A DNA stretch of 44,186 nt from an uncultured Porphyromonadaceae bacterium. GTDB taxonomy: Bacteria > Bacteroidota > Bacteroidia > Bacteroidales > Muribaculaceae. The notes beneath the pieces are model-generated. The model was not told where the DNA came from. It ran no database searches and saw only the letters and a list, made by a program, of their open reading frames with translations. The translations under genes and the position numbers were made by a program. Within the stretch, counting starts at the first letter, position 1; each line of letters opens with the position of its first letter. The DNA lies in assembly GCA_945231345.1 (NCBI GenBank), contig CALYOL010000001.1:1-44186 (forward strand), given 5' to 3'. Positions 30,727 through 39,163 of this stretch are shown here, piece by piece.

Positions 30727-32688
30727 TTAGTTCGCAAAATCAATCGTCAAGCCAAGCAAAAAGCGACGCGGATTTAGAGGATAATGCGGCATAGAGAAAT
30801 AATTATCCTCTGTCATTCCCTGATTGACGTGCGACATCATGACGTAAAAGCGTACCTTGCTCAACTTCATGTTTACGTATGCGTTCATGTAGGGAAATCC
30901 ACCACACTCCACCTCGTCTTGATTATAAAAAGTCATAGTTGCCGGCTGATAGGCAACGCTCTTATACTTTGTGTAATACGAACAATCAATACCTAATTGT
31001 ACATCAAGCACCCTCGCCACCTTAAACGTCAGATAGGCATTGCTGTATATCGAAAGCTTTGGCAGAGGTATCACACCCTCTTCCGTCGATGTCTGATACG
31101 TTATTTCATTATCCCAGTTCAATGCGCGATATCCAAGATGCTGGCTCAGTGTTGCATTAAACACTTGTACACTACCACTATGCTGAACCGGCTTACATGT
31201 TTTGTCAAAGTAGATATAGTTTTGTACATTTTCCACTCCGATATTTAGCCGGGTATTTGTGTATGGCACCGTCAAGATTCCACCCACGCGAACCTTGCGT
31301 ATCTTTGAAAAGTCATTTTTCCAAATAAAATGATTTGAAACATAGTTATTATAAAGATATGGCGGTGCTACGTTTTCAAACTTCCCATACGCTGTCAGTC
31401 CTACTGTGTCACCTAACAATGGAAAGCGCGTATTGATTTTTCCGTCTATCTTTACCTCCCCGGATGCCGGACCTACAAGTCCTATCTCTCCTTTGACATC
31501 ATAAGTTAGATAAGTACCTTGCTGCTTGGTCAGTTGAGCGCCTACCCACATCAGGTTTTGCTTTTCCTTTGCCTTGATATCAGGAAATGGATTCGGTGTC
31601 AGTCCCGCTGCTTGCTCTGTGCCTGTCACCGTGTCCGGAGCCTGTGTATAGCTGCGAATTTGATGCGTCACATACGCCGCAAGTCCTGCCTTCGCATACT
31701 TGTTAAAACCCTCAAGAAGAGAAATACCTACAGTATTTGTCAATGCCCAATATTGTGTACGGTCATCCGTCCCATTTGGATTTATATATTGGTTTTCCCA
31801 AAATTCCTTACCCTCAGACAGGTTATCATTCTTGAAAATATGCTTACTCGCATCATACTTCATAGTCCATATAAAACTGGATACTGGTACGTAGGTCTTC
31901 ACCACCGTTGTATCGTCTAAATGCTCCTCCTTGTAAAATCCAACCTTATACCTGTGATTCATAAGAAATTTCTGTGCCACGATTTTTGAGTGCGCCTTTG
32001 AAAGATTTGTAGGTATTGTCTTGAAATCAACCTTTGTACTACCACCCTGTATTTCAGCCGGGTCTGTTATATACAAGTCATCTTCAATACCACCATTTTC
32101 CTTGTTCAAAAAATTATAGTGATTAAAATACCCCTGAAACTCATATCTGTCACCTATGTAAGAGCCATTAAATCCCCAACTAAGGTCTTTGTCTGCCTGA
32201 TAGTTATAGCTGCCCTTTGAATATAGATAATCAAGCATTGCTCCCACCTGGGCATTTTTGTTTATATTTCCGGAAAATGTTCCCGAAAGCCTGTCCTGTC
32301 CATTATCTCGGCTTCCTCCCGTATTATAAGACAAAAGCGTCATAGGTATACGAGTATTATAAAACACCTGCTCATAAAAATTTGGCATCCAAGCACTTAA
32401 CGCATCTTGAAAAAAGAAGTCTGATGTTGGCTTGCGGTCAAAATACTTCAAATTAAGTCCTTCGGCTCCCAAGTTTCCTGTTGTAGCGTATGCTGGATAA
32501 GCCATCGCTGCCACAGACCGTAGATGATAGTTTTGAAAAAGAGTATCTATCGTAGACTCCTCCCTCAGTCCCAATGGCTCATTTATGCTCCACGCATAAG
32601 ACGGTAGCACAGGCTCTGGCTTCTCAGCATATACATAACACACTGATAAACCAATTATTATAGATAATATTATCGACTTTATTCTCAT
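30727..32688 (-). CDS. Putative outer-membrane porin (Bacteroidota 'putative porin' PF14121-like beta-barrel)
   Basis: 653 aa with a signal peptide (IIIGLSVCYVYA). It is Tyr/Asn/Gly-rich with alternating amphipathic strands throughout. The family call comes from general resemblance, not a diagnostic motif. Confidence 0.6.
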   Translation of the reverse strand: MRIKSIILSIIIGLSVCYVYAEKPEPVLPSYAWSINEPLGLREESTIDTLFQNYHLRSVAAMAYPAYATTGNLGAEGLNLKYFDRKPTSDFFFQDALSAWMPNFYEQVFYNTRIPMTLLSYNTGGSRDNGQDRLSGTFSGNINKNAQVGAMLDYLYSKGSYNYQADKDLSWGFNGSYIGDRYEFQGYFNHYNFLNKENGGIEDDLYITDPAEIQGGSTKVDFKTIPTNLSKAHSKIVAQKFLMNHRYKVGFYKEEHLDDTTVVKTYVPVSSFIWTMKYDASKHIFKNDNLSEGKEFWENQYINPNGTDDRTQYWALTNTVGISLLEGFNKYAKAGLAAYVTHQIRSYTQAPDTVTGTEQAAGLTPNPFPDIKAKEKQNLMWVGAQLTKQQGTYLTYDVKGEIGLVGPASGEVKIDGKINTRFPLLGDTVGLTAYGKFENVAPPYLYNNYVSNHFIWKNDFSKIRKVRVGGILTVPYTNTRLNIGVENVQNYIYFDKTCKPVQHSGSVQVFNATLSQHLGYRALNWDNEITYQTSTEEGVIPLPKLSIYSNAYLTFKVARVLDVQLGIDCSYYTKYKSVAYQPATMTFYNQDEVECGGFPYMNAYVNMKLSKVRFYVMMSHVNQGMTEDNYFSMPHYPLNPRRFLLGLTIDFAN

Positions 32689-32716
32689 ACTTTTTTCTTT
32701 CTTTCTAAATATCTTG

Positions 32717-32724
32717 CAAAATTA
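32717..32724 (-). promoter_or_regulatory. -7 promoter box (TAATTTTG) for the porin-SBP pair
   Basis: caaaatta on the plus strand, 29 nt upstream of the ATG at 32688. Confidence 0.4.
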
Positions 32725-32959
32725 AGCAAAAAATATGAAAAAATCTGCATTTATACCTGACTAAACATTTATTTGCAAAAATTATATCATATTCTTCGCA
32801 TTTCTGGCTGCAAAGATAATTTTTTACCTGGGCAAAAAACCTGCTCACATTTCTTAATCTTTCTTAATTTGGCAACTGAAAAATTCTCAATAGGGATGAC
32901 TCATGCAATATTGGCAAGCCGTTATCTTTATCTGCATTCAAAAACACTTTAACTGTATT

Positions 32960-32994
32960 GAAAAAATAGAGACGCGACTATTAATCGCGCCTCT
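32960..32994 (-). terminator. Rho-independent terminator closing the 33-44 kb minus-strand operon
   Basis: On the minus strand, agaggcgcga/tcgcgtctct forms a 10-bp stem (one mismatch) with a 7-nt loop, followed by ATTTTTT. Confidence 0.7.
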
Positions 32995-33060
32995 AAAAGT
33001 AAATCTCAGAAAAATGTAGGGTATACGCTATATTGATACACCCTCTTTGGTGTCAATTAT

Positions 33061-33120
33061 TTATATTGCTAATGCAAGTGATACGGCTGCCGACAATGCA
33101 AGGATTCTGTTCAGTTTCAT
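33061..33120 (-). CDS. Possible 19-aa hydrophobic micro-ORF (MKLNRILALSAAVSLALAI*)
   Basis: ATG-initiated ORF between the DUF1573 gene and the operon terminator. It is signal-peptide-like and could be spurious. Confidence 0.2.
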   Translation of the reverse strand: MKLNRILALSAAVSLALAI

Positions 33121-33171
33121 ATTATCTAAATTTTTAGATAATAATCTATTTTACTAATGCATTATTTATCG

Positions 33172-33621
33172 TTATAAATCCGTCTCCAAGTCATATTTCT
33201 TCAATTCGCCACGAATAAAAATGCGTGTATATGAGCGAGGGTCGTTTGAATACACCGTTACGGATTTGCGAAATCTGCCAACCGGTTGTCCATACCCTTT
33301 ATAGTTCACGGTGACTATTCCGGAATCACCCGGCTCTATAGGCGTTTTGGGGTATTGCGGTCGAGTGCAGCCGCAGCCGGTTGCGACGTGTAGGATTACC
33401 AGCGGCTGCTGTCCTGTGTTGTAAAAGCGGAAAGAGTGCGACTTTAATGTGTCGTTCCCTACCGGTTCAAAACTGCCAAAATCATATTCTTGCTCTTTGA
33501 ATTCAATCTTGGGATTTTGCGGTGTGTGGTTTTGTATTGAATCGGGAATATTTATCTTCACTCCTTGTGCAGAGGCAAGGAGTGAGGATAAAAACAGTAT
33601 TATATGTGCAGCGGGTTTCAT
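33172..33621 (-). CDS. DUF1573 domain protein (exported, Ig/ASH-like fold)
   Basis: It has a signal peptide (ILFLSSLLASAQG). F.F.N.G..PL.I..V...CGCT.P.....PI.PG..G.I.V.Y is the DUF1573 signature, including CGCT. Confidence 0.8.
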   Translation of the reverse strand: MKPAAHIILFLSSLLASAQGVKINIPDSIQNHTPQNPKIEFKEQEYDFGSFEPVGNDTLKSHSFRFYNTGQQPLVILHVATGCGCTRPQYPKTPIEPGDSGIVTVNYKGYGQPVGRFRKSVTVYSNDPRSYTRIFIRGELKKYDLETDL

Positions 33622-33632
33622 ATCACCTGCAA

Positions 33633-36002
33633 TTATAAATCTTGTGATATAGCAGTTCCCACAATGTATGGACCGCCTTTACGCTCGGAGGGATAATATA
33701 AATTGATATATTTTGAGCGAGCAAAATATTTCTTTTCGCCATCGTATTTGCAATAAGGTTTAGCGGTTACAGATAAGGCATCAATGCCGGTGTTGGGAGA
33801 CTTAGGTCTGTGTTCGGAAATAAACGTCGTGATAATGGTGTATTTACCGGCACGGCATAGTCCGTCAAACGGTATAGAGTATTCTTTTTCAAGGATAACT
33901 TTACCATCAGGAGCTTCCAATCGGAATTCCATTCCCCATTCTTTAATACGGGTAGCGTTTTTGAGTTCCACAACTGTTGTGAAGGCATATTCGGTGAAGT
34001 CTTCACGTTTTTTCCCTTTGAAAGCTTCTTCACCGTATTCTTCGAGATAATATTCCCAAACCTCTACGGAAAGTTCTCTGCCAAACCATTGATAGCACTT
34101 GGGCTGTGAAATTATGGGAGTTCCGGGTGTAACAATCATTGAATTATTTCGATATTCAGTGGTCATTCCCGAGCCTTTATCATAGATACACGGCACAACT
34201 TCATAAACGCCTACAGTTTCACTCAGTCCTGCTTTTTTGAGATTAACGGAAAATTTATATGTTTTGTCGGCAGCCAGCTCTTCGTCTATTACCTCTTGCT
34301 TGAATTTGCCGCTTCCACTTGCGATTTCACCCTCGTAGATACGCAATGCGGGACGCTGATTCATTTTATCAATCTTAGGGAAAATGAAGAAAGTTTCAAG
34401 TTTGTCAAAATTCAAAGATGTGTTAATCGCCAATTCGTCTCGAGTGCCAATCATCGGAGTTCCAGTCCAAGGGTCGATAAGCGGATTGCCGTTTTCGTCT
34501 TCCAAGACATATTCCACTTCCTCGGTAGTCAATTTTGACTTAGTTTCTTTATCATTTATTTCCGCCTTCATATTAATCATTGCCGATACCTCCTTGGTGT
34601 TGAAGTTTAAGTCGCCGAGGCTCACAGCCAAAGGTCCCAGTTTCAGCAAGCCTTCGGCAAAGCCACTGTAATTGGCATATAAACCAGCGTTGAAATTCTG
34701 ACGGTCGATAATAGTATAGTCGTTGAGCGATTCGGTTTCCAAAGATGCTTTAAAACCCACCTTACCTTCGATGCCTATGACACCGCCAACACCGCCTAAT
34801 TCACTTCCCACCAAAACACCGACACCAATCCTGCCACGAAGCCAAAAATCGGCACTGCCTCCAAATTGGATATTGGTAACATCGGAAAATGGTGGTTTCT
34901 CGGGATTATACACCAATTTATTGTCGATTTCACTCTTTTCTCCTTTATTAATAATACATCCGTTTCTGAGGGTTTCCGACCGATATTTCATTTCGGCAAC
35001 ACCATAACCCAATATGGTATATCCCACAGAAACATCCACTCTAAACATCACACCGGCTGGAAAAGAAGGGATGCTGAGAACGGGATTGATAGACTTAACA
35101 CTTTTAGTAATTCTCATTAAATCTTTGACAGCCTTTAGAGAATTCATCATACCTCTGATATCCCCGACATTTTTGGGAAAACTTGCAAGAGATTTAGATG
35201 CTTCTTCAGGATTATTACCATAGCCTATGAGCATCTTAATATTTCTTTCGGTATAAGTGTCGTTCCATTCTTCTTTATATTCTTTTACGAGGTCTTTATC
35301 TTCATGAACTTTAACCACCTCTGTAGATTCATAAGTAAGGTCAACATATATTACTTTCTTGTTGGGGAGGTCAAAAGACTTGTTAAACTGAAATCTTGTC
35401 TTGTCCTCATGTACGCCATCGGCGCGTGCACCGGGCTCATATAGCGACATATCGACAAAAACGGAGTCGTTTTTCCAAAACCCGGGGCGATTGATTGAAG
35501 GGGTGGACCGTGATTCTTCTGTACTGTCTTCAACAAAATCGGACACTCCGGGCACTATATAGTTGAAGTCGAGACGCATCTTCAATATTTTGAACACGTT
35601 TTCTTCATCGGTAGGTTCATGCTCGACACGAATCATTCCGGCGTCGCGGGTAACGGAACGCACTTTTGAACAAATTCCGAGAGGAATTGTCTTGGAACAA
35701 TTCGCAGCGATGTAATGTCCTTCTTTCGGCACCCATTTATCCGGGAGATTATCCATAAACCAGATGACGGAATCGTTCATCATGGCAATATAGTTTTGCG
35801 GCTCTCCATTAAGGGCAGTTACATCGTCGTGGTATTGGTATGTAAATTCGCCATATTCACTCACTTCGGTGTAAGGTTCTTCTTTGCCTTTATCTTCTTC
35901 CGTTACTACATATTCCTCCATGCTCAATTCGCATGACGACAACAGTAACGCTGACAAAAGAAGACCATTTCTAACTATCTTATTCATTATATATTTTTGC
36001 AT
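33633..36002 (-). CDS. Large lipoprotein of unknown function (789 aa) with a Gly-rich amphipathic block
   Basis: It has a lipobox (LLLSSC, Cys24) followed by acidic residues (ELSMEEY). I recognise no domain. A Gly/Val/Ile-rich segment, GGSADFWLRGRIGVGVLVGSELGGVGGVIGIEGKVGFKASLETE, lies at nt 34740-34862. The start could be 36002 or 35987. Confidence 0.75.
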   Translation of the reverse strand: MQKYIMNKIVRNGLLLSALLLSSCELSMEEYVVTEEDKGKEEPYTEVSEYGEFTYQYHDDVTALNGEPQNYIAMMNDSVIWFMDNLPDKWVPKEGHYIAANCSKTIPLGICSKVRSVTRDAGMIRVEHEPTDEENVFKILKMRLDFNYIVPGVSDFVEDSTEESRSTPSINRPGFWKNDSVFVDMSLYEPGARADGVHEDKTRFQFNKSFDLPNKKVIYVDLTYESTEVVKVHEDKDLVKEYKEEWNDTYTERNIKMLIGYGNNPEEASKSLASFPKNVGDIRGMMNSLKAVKDLMRITKSVKSINPVLSIPSFPAGVMFRVDVSVGYTILGYGVAEMKYRSETLRNGCIINKGEKSEIDNKLVYNPEKPPFSDVTNIQFGGSADFWLRGRIGVGVLVGSELGGVGGVIGIEGKVGFKASLETESLNDYTIIDRQNFNAGLYANYSGFAEGLLKLGPLAVSLGDLNFNTKEVSAMINMKAEINDKETKSKLTTEEVEYVLEDENGNPLIDPWTGTPMIGTRDELAINTSLNFDKLETFFIFPKIDKMNQRPALRIYEGEIASGSGKFKQEVIDEELAADKTYKFSVNLKKAGLSETVGVYEVVPCIYDKGSGMTTEYRNNSMIVTPGTPIISQPKCYQWFGRELSVEVWEYYLEEYGEEAFKGKKREDFTEYAFTTVVELKNATRIKEWGMEFRLEAPDGKVILEKEYSIPFDGLCRAGKYTIITTFISEHRPKSPNTGIDALSVTAKPYCKYDGEKKYFARSKYINLYYPSERKGGPYIVGTAISQDL

Positions 36003-36018
36003 ATTCGGTTATATTTTT

Positions 36019-36726
36019 TTAATGACTTGTTAATTCAATCGGGGCAGAAGGACTTCCATGGGTTTCCCCGTCGAAGTCTAAATAAACGGGCAATTTTTTG
36101 AGCATAAGATTCTCTTTATCGTAAATGGCAAAACGCACAAGTTCAGGGCGTGTGGGCTCAAGGTCGTCCCATTCAAGATGACCGTAAATACGCATTTGTA
36201 TAACTTCTTTGTCTTTTAATTCAATAGGTTTGCCTATTCCTCGAAGTTCAGAACCCACAAATGCAACCACCTTCTGCTTTTCAAAATCCACGGGCACACC
36301 ATCGATTGTTGCCGAGAGATATGCCACCATATCGTTGGAAAACATGTGGATGTTGATTTCCCACGGTGCTAACACGAAAACATGACAGAATGCCATCATT
36401 TCATTCATCACCGAAGTTGCGCTGACAATGGTTTCGCCCTGGCTCTCCGCAATAATAGTGTCGTTCTTGATGTATGCGATTTCTTCGTTTGACGACCGAA
36501 AGAAGACTTCGCGATTGCTCACCGTATCGGGAGTAAACACGGGATGGAGCACAAAAGAATCTCCCTGCGTTACAAATACCGTATCGCGGTCTAATTGCAT
36601 GTCATAAGCCATTTGAACATTATCGTCAAATTCCATGTCAATGAGTCCGCACGACGCAAGTAGCGAAGCCATTAGGAGGAGGCAGGATAATGGAGATAAG
36701 TATGTGAGTCTCTTTTTCACAGTCAT
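36019..36726 (-). CDS. Lipoprotein with an N-terminal Big_2-like Ig domain and an unknown C-terminal beta domain (235 aa)
   Basis: It has a lipobox (LLASC, Cys26) followed by GLIDMEFDD. VFVTQGDSFVLHPVFTPDTVSNREVFFRSSNEEIAYIKNDTIIAESQGETIVSATS fits the Big_2 pattern. Confidence 0.75.
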   Translation of the reverse strand: MTVKKRLTYLSPLSCLLLMASLLASCGLIDMEFDDNVQMAYDMQLDRDTVFVTQGDSFVLHPVFTPDTVSNREVFFRSSNEEIAYIKNDTIIAESQGETIVSATSVMNEMMAFCHVFVLAPWEINIHMFSNDMVAYLSATIDGVPVDFEKQKVVAFVGSELRGIGKPIELKDKEVIQMRIYGHLEWDDLEPTRPELVRFAIYDKENLMLKKLPVYLDFDGETHGSPSAPIELTSH

Positions 36727-36777
36727 TGTTTATCAGTTATAAGGAAATTATTATTAAAACCTTGCAGTAAATGCTAA

Positions 36778-39144
36778 TTATTTAGTTTTTTCTTTAGGGG
36801 CTGTTACAACGACAGTATTTGAATTGGTTGTGGCACGTCCGTCTTTATATCTGATTCTGACATAATACTCTGCCGTTTCGCCTGCCGAAAGGAGATTGTC
36901 TTGGAATGTCAGAGCATCGGAGCTGACAGACATTAAGAATTTATGACGTCTGTCTTTTGGTCCTTTTCTGTAAACACAGAAATACCACTCGCCTTTGTAT
37001 GGAAGATTTTTGTCTGTTTCCCACACAATTTTTGTTTTCTTGTTTTTTTCGTCATAAACGCCAATCAACTTGATTTTCCAATCAAAAACGCGCTCGCCTT
37101 CGAAACGAGTTGAATAGACCAAACTTAGCCCGCTTGAAATTCCTGCAAAAGTGAACGATTCCATAGCATATTCGTAGCGGGTGCGGCGTGCGTATTCCGG
37201 GACATCGATTACGTTGAGCAAATTGCCGGCTTGGCGAAGTGAATCGGCATCATAAGTGCCAATCGTGGTCCATTCTTTAGTGTTGGCAATGCGCCGCATC
37301 AACACATGGTGTGATATTTGCTGCTCGTTGCTGCACACCCATCTCATATATATCCCGCGTACTTGGTCGACCCATAGGGAGTCGATGTGTGGAGCGTCGG
37401 GCTTAATCATGCTTGGGCGAATCACTTGCAGCGGAGCAGTGTATTCACCTTCGTTTGAAGCGAAGTCCACAGCACGCACCTTGTAATAGATGTATTTCTG
37501 GTTTACATCTACCGCAAGCGTATCGATAAATGTTGTGTCTCTCAACAAAGAGCCCGAATGCATTGAGCGCAACATGAATTCGTGAGTAGTGTCGTTGGCA
37601 AAAGCCAGTTCATAATAGTCAACGTCGGCAGATGGGGCATCCCATGATAATTTTACCGCACCGGCTTGGTTGTCAACTATTTCATAGCGGAAATTAGTAG
37701 GTGCTTCGGGCGCCTTTAAGTCTGAGATACGCAAAATATGCGTCATTGAATAACTTACATTTTGAATCGAGTCGTAAGCCGCTACCGCAACCTGGCTTGT
37801 GCTGATTTTTGACACATTAACCGTGCAAATGGTGTCGTTAACGGGAATCAAATCAGGAGTCAATTCCACCCATTCCGCTTTGTTATCATCGCTTGAGCGT
37901 TGATAGTAAAGAATTTTGTAGCCGATGAAGTCAGGCTCAATAGTGTCTTTAGAGAAATGGAAGTCGGCATATACATCTTTAGAAAGGTCGTCGGGATTTC
38001 GTCGGTCGATAACAATCGCCTTCAACAGGGGTGGACGAGGAGCCTCCAAGTCGGGCATTGAGGCAACATGATAGTTTTTAGCCGCAATCAAGTCGCCATA
38101 AGTGTCATATCCCGAGATGCGGTATTCATAAGTGCCGGGGCGCACATTGTCGTTGATGAAATTGTCTAATCCCTCGTCATGAATATCCCGCATCATGATG
38201 AAAGGATTGTCGTTGACCTTAGTCCAATTCTTTTCACCCATAGCACGGCGGTGGATGTCGAACGATGAGAATCGCTCGGTCCTTTCCCACCAGATACGCA
38301 ACTGGTTGATACCCACAACAGAGTCTCCCATAACTGCTTCGTAAGGCTCGGGAACGTAGGGCTTATTCTCTATTTCATCGATATATCCCACACGGAATAT
38401 CAAATTCTTGGTAGAGTCAAACTCTGCCGGTCTGACAATGTAGCGATATTTAGCCTTCTTTTTAACATTTCTGTCAACGAAACGCATCGCCAACATTTCG
38501 GCTATATCCTTACGCCACTCGCTTGCCAATACAGCCATACCGAACCTGAATTGCTGGTCGTTATAGACATCGAGCAACGCCCCCATTTCGCCTGTTCCGT
38601 ATCGCGATTGGTCTTGGGTAAAACCGCCCTCGCTGTAGAGAGTGCCTAAGGCAATGGCAGCCACGGAATCTGTTTCAGGATAAATTGCTCTAAACCGCTC
38701 TAAGGTTGCCGGTTTCAGATGCATGGCAAGTGTGTCGATACGTATTGCATCATTCTGTTTTTTGCCATCGGGCAACGATATGCGATAGATGTTTACCCCC
38801 ACGGCGTTAAGATATTGCCAACTCACATAGTCTTCCGGAGCCCAACGGAGCACAATGCTGTCGCCGTATGAGCGGGCGAGAAGATGGATTCTGCTGTCGT
38901 AATTGCGATGCGTAGCATCCTTGCGGAAAAATTCGGCTGTATCGCGCACTTCTCCGGGCAGATAATTGAGCGTAGTGTCGGGCTTCCATACATATATGGT
39001 ATCTTCGGCACTTACTTCCTCCAAATCCTCGGGGTCGATAGGAACCGAGAGGTTATTGTCGGGAGTAACACCTTTTTGCGATGCGGCAGAAGCCACCAAA
39101 ATGCTCGCTATAAAAAAGAATAATATATTTCTGCTTTTTTTCAT
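36778..39144 (-). CDS. Exported multi-FN3-like repeat protein (788 aa)
   Basis: It has a signal peptide (ILFFFIASILVASAAS). About six modules each show an FN3-style W...Y.Y/Y.V pattern, several introduced by D(L/A)xAPxxP linkers, for example DLKAPEAPTNFRYEIVDNQAGAVKLSWDAPSADVDYYELAF...YYKVRAVDFASNEGEYT. Confidence 0.75.
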   Translation of the reverse strand: MKKSRNILFFFIASILVASAASQKGVTPDNNLSVPIDPEDLEEVSAEDTIYVWKPDTTLNYLPGEVRDTAEFFRKDATHRNYDSRIHLLARSYGDSIVLRWAPEDYVSWQYLNAVGVNIYRISLPDGKKQNDAIRIDTLAMHLKPATLERFRAIYPETDSVAAIALGTLYSEGGFTQDQSRYGTGEMGALLDVYNDQQFRFGMAVLASEWRKDIAEMLAMRFVDRNVKKKAKYRYIVRPAEFDSTKNLIFRVGYIDEIENKPYVPEPYEAVMGDSVVGINQLRIWWERTERFSSFDIHRRAMGEKNWTKVNDNPFIMMRDIHDEGLDNFINDNVRPGTYEYRISGYDTYGDLIAAKNYHVASMPDLEAPRPPLLKAIVIDRRNPDDLSKDVYADFHFSKDTIEPDFIGYKILYYQRSSDDNKAEWVELTPDLIPVNDTICTVNVSKISTSQVAVAAYDSIQNVSYSMTHILRISDLKAPEAPTNFRYEIVDNQAGAVKLSWDAPSADVDYYELAFANDTTHEFMLRSMHSGSLLRDTTFIDTLAVDVNQKYIYYKVRAVDFASNEGEYTAPLQVIRPSMIKPDAPHIDSLWVDQVRGIYMRWVCSNEQQISHHVLMRRIANTKEWTTIGTYDADSLRQAGNLLNVIDVPEYARRTRYEYAMESFTFAGISSGLSLVYSTRFEGERVFDWKIKLIGVYDEKNKKTKIVWETDKNLPYKGEWYFCVYRKGPKDRRHKFLMSVSSDALTFQDNLLSAGETAEYYVRIRYKDGRATTNSNTVVVTAPKEKTK

Positions 39145-39163
39145 ATATCAAAAGTATTGTATT

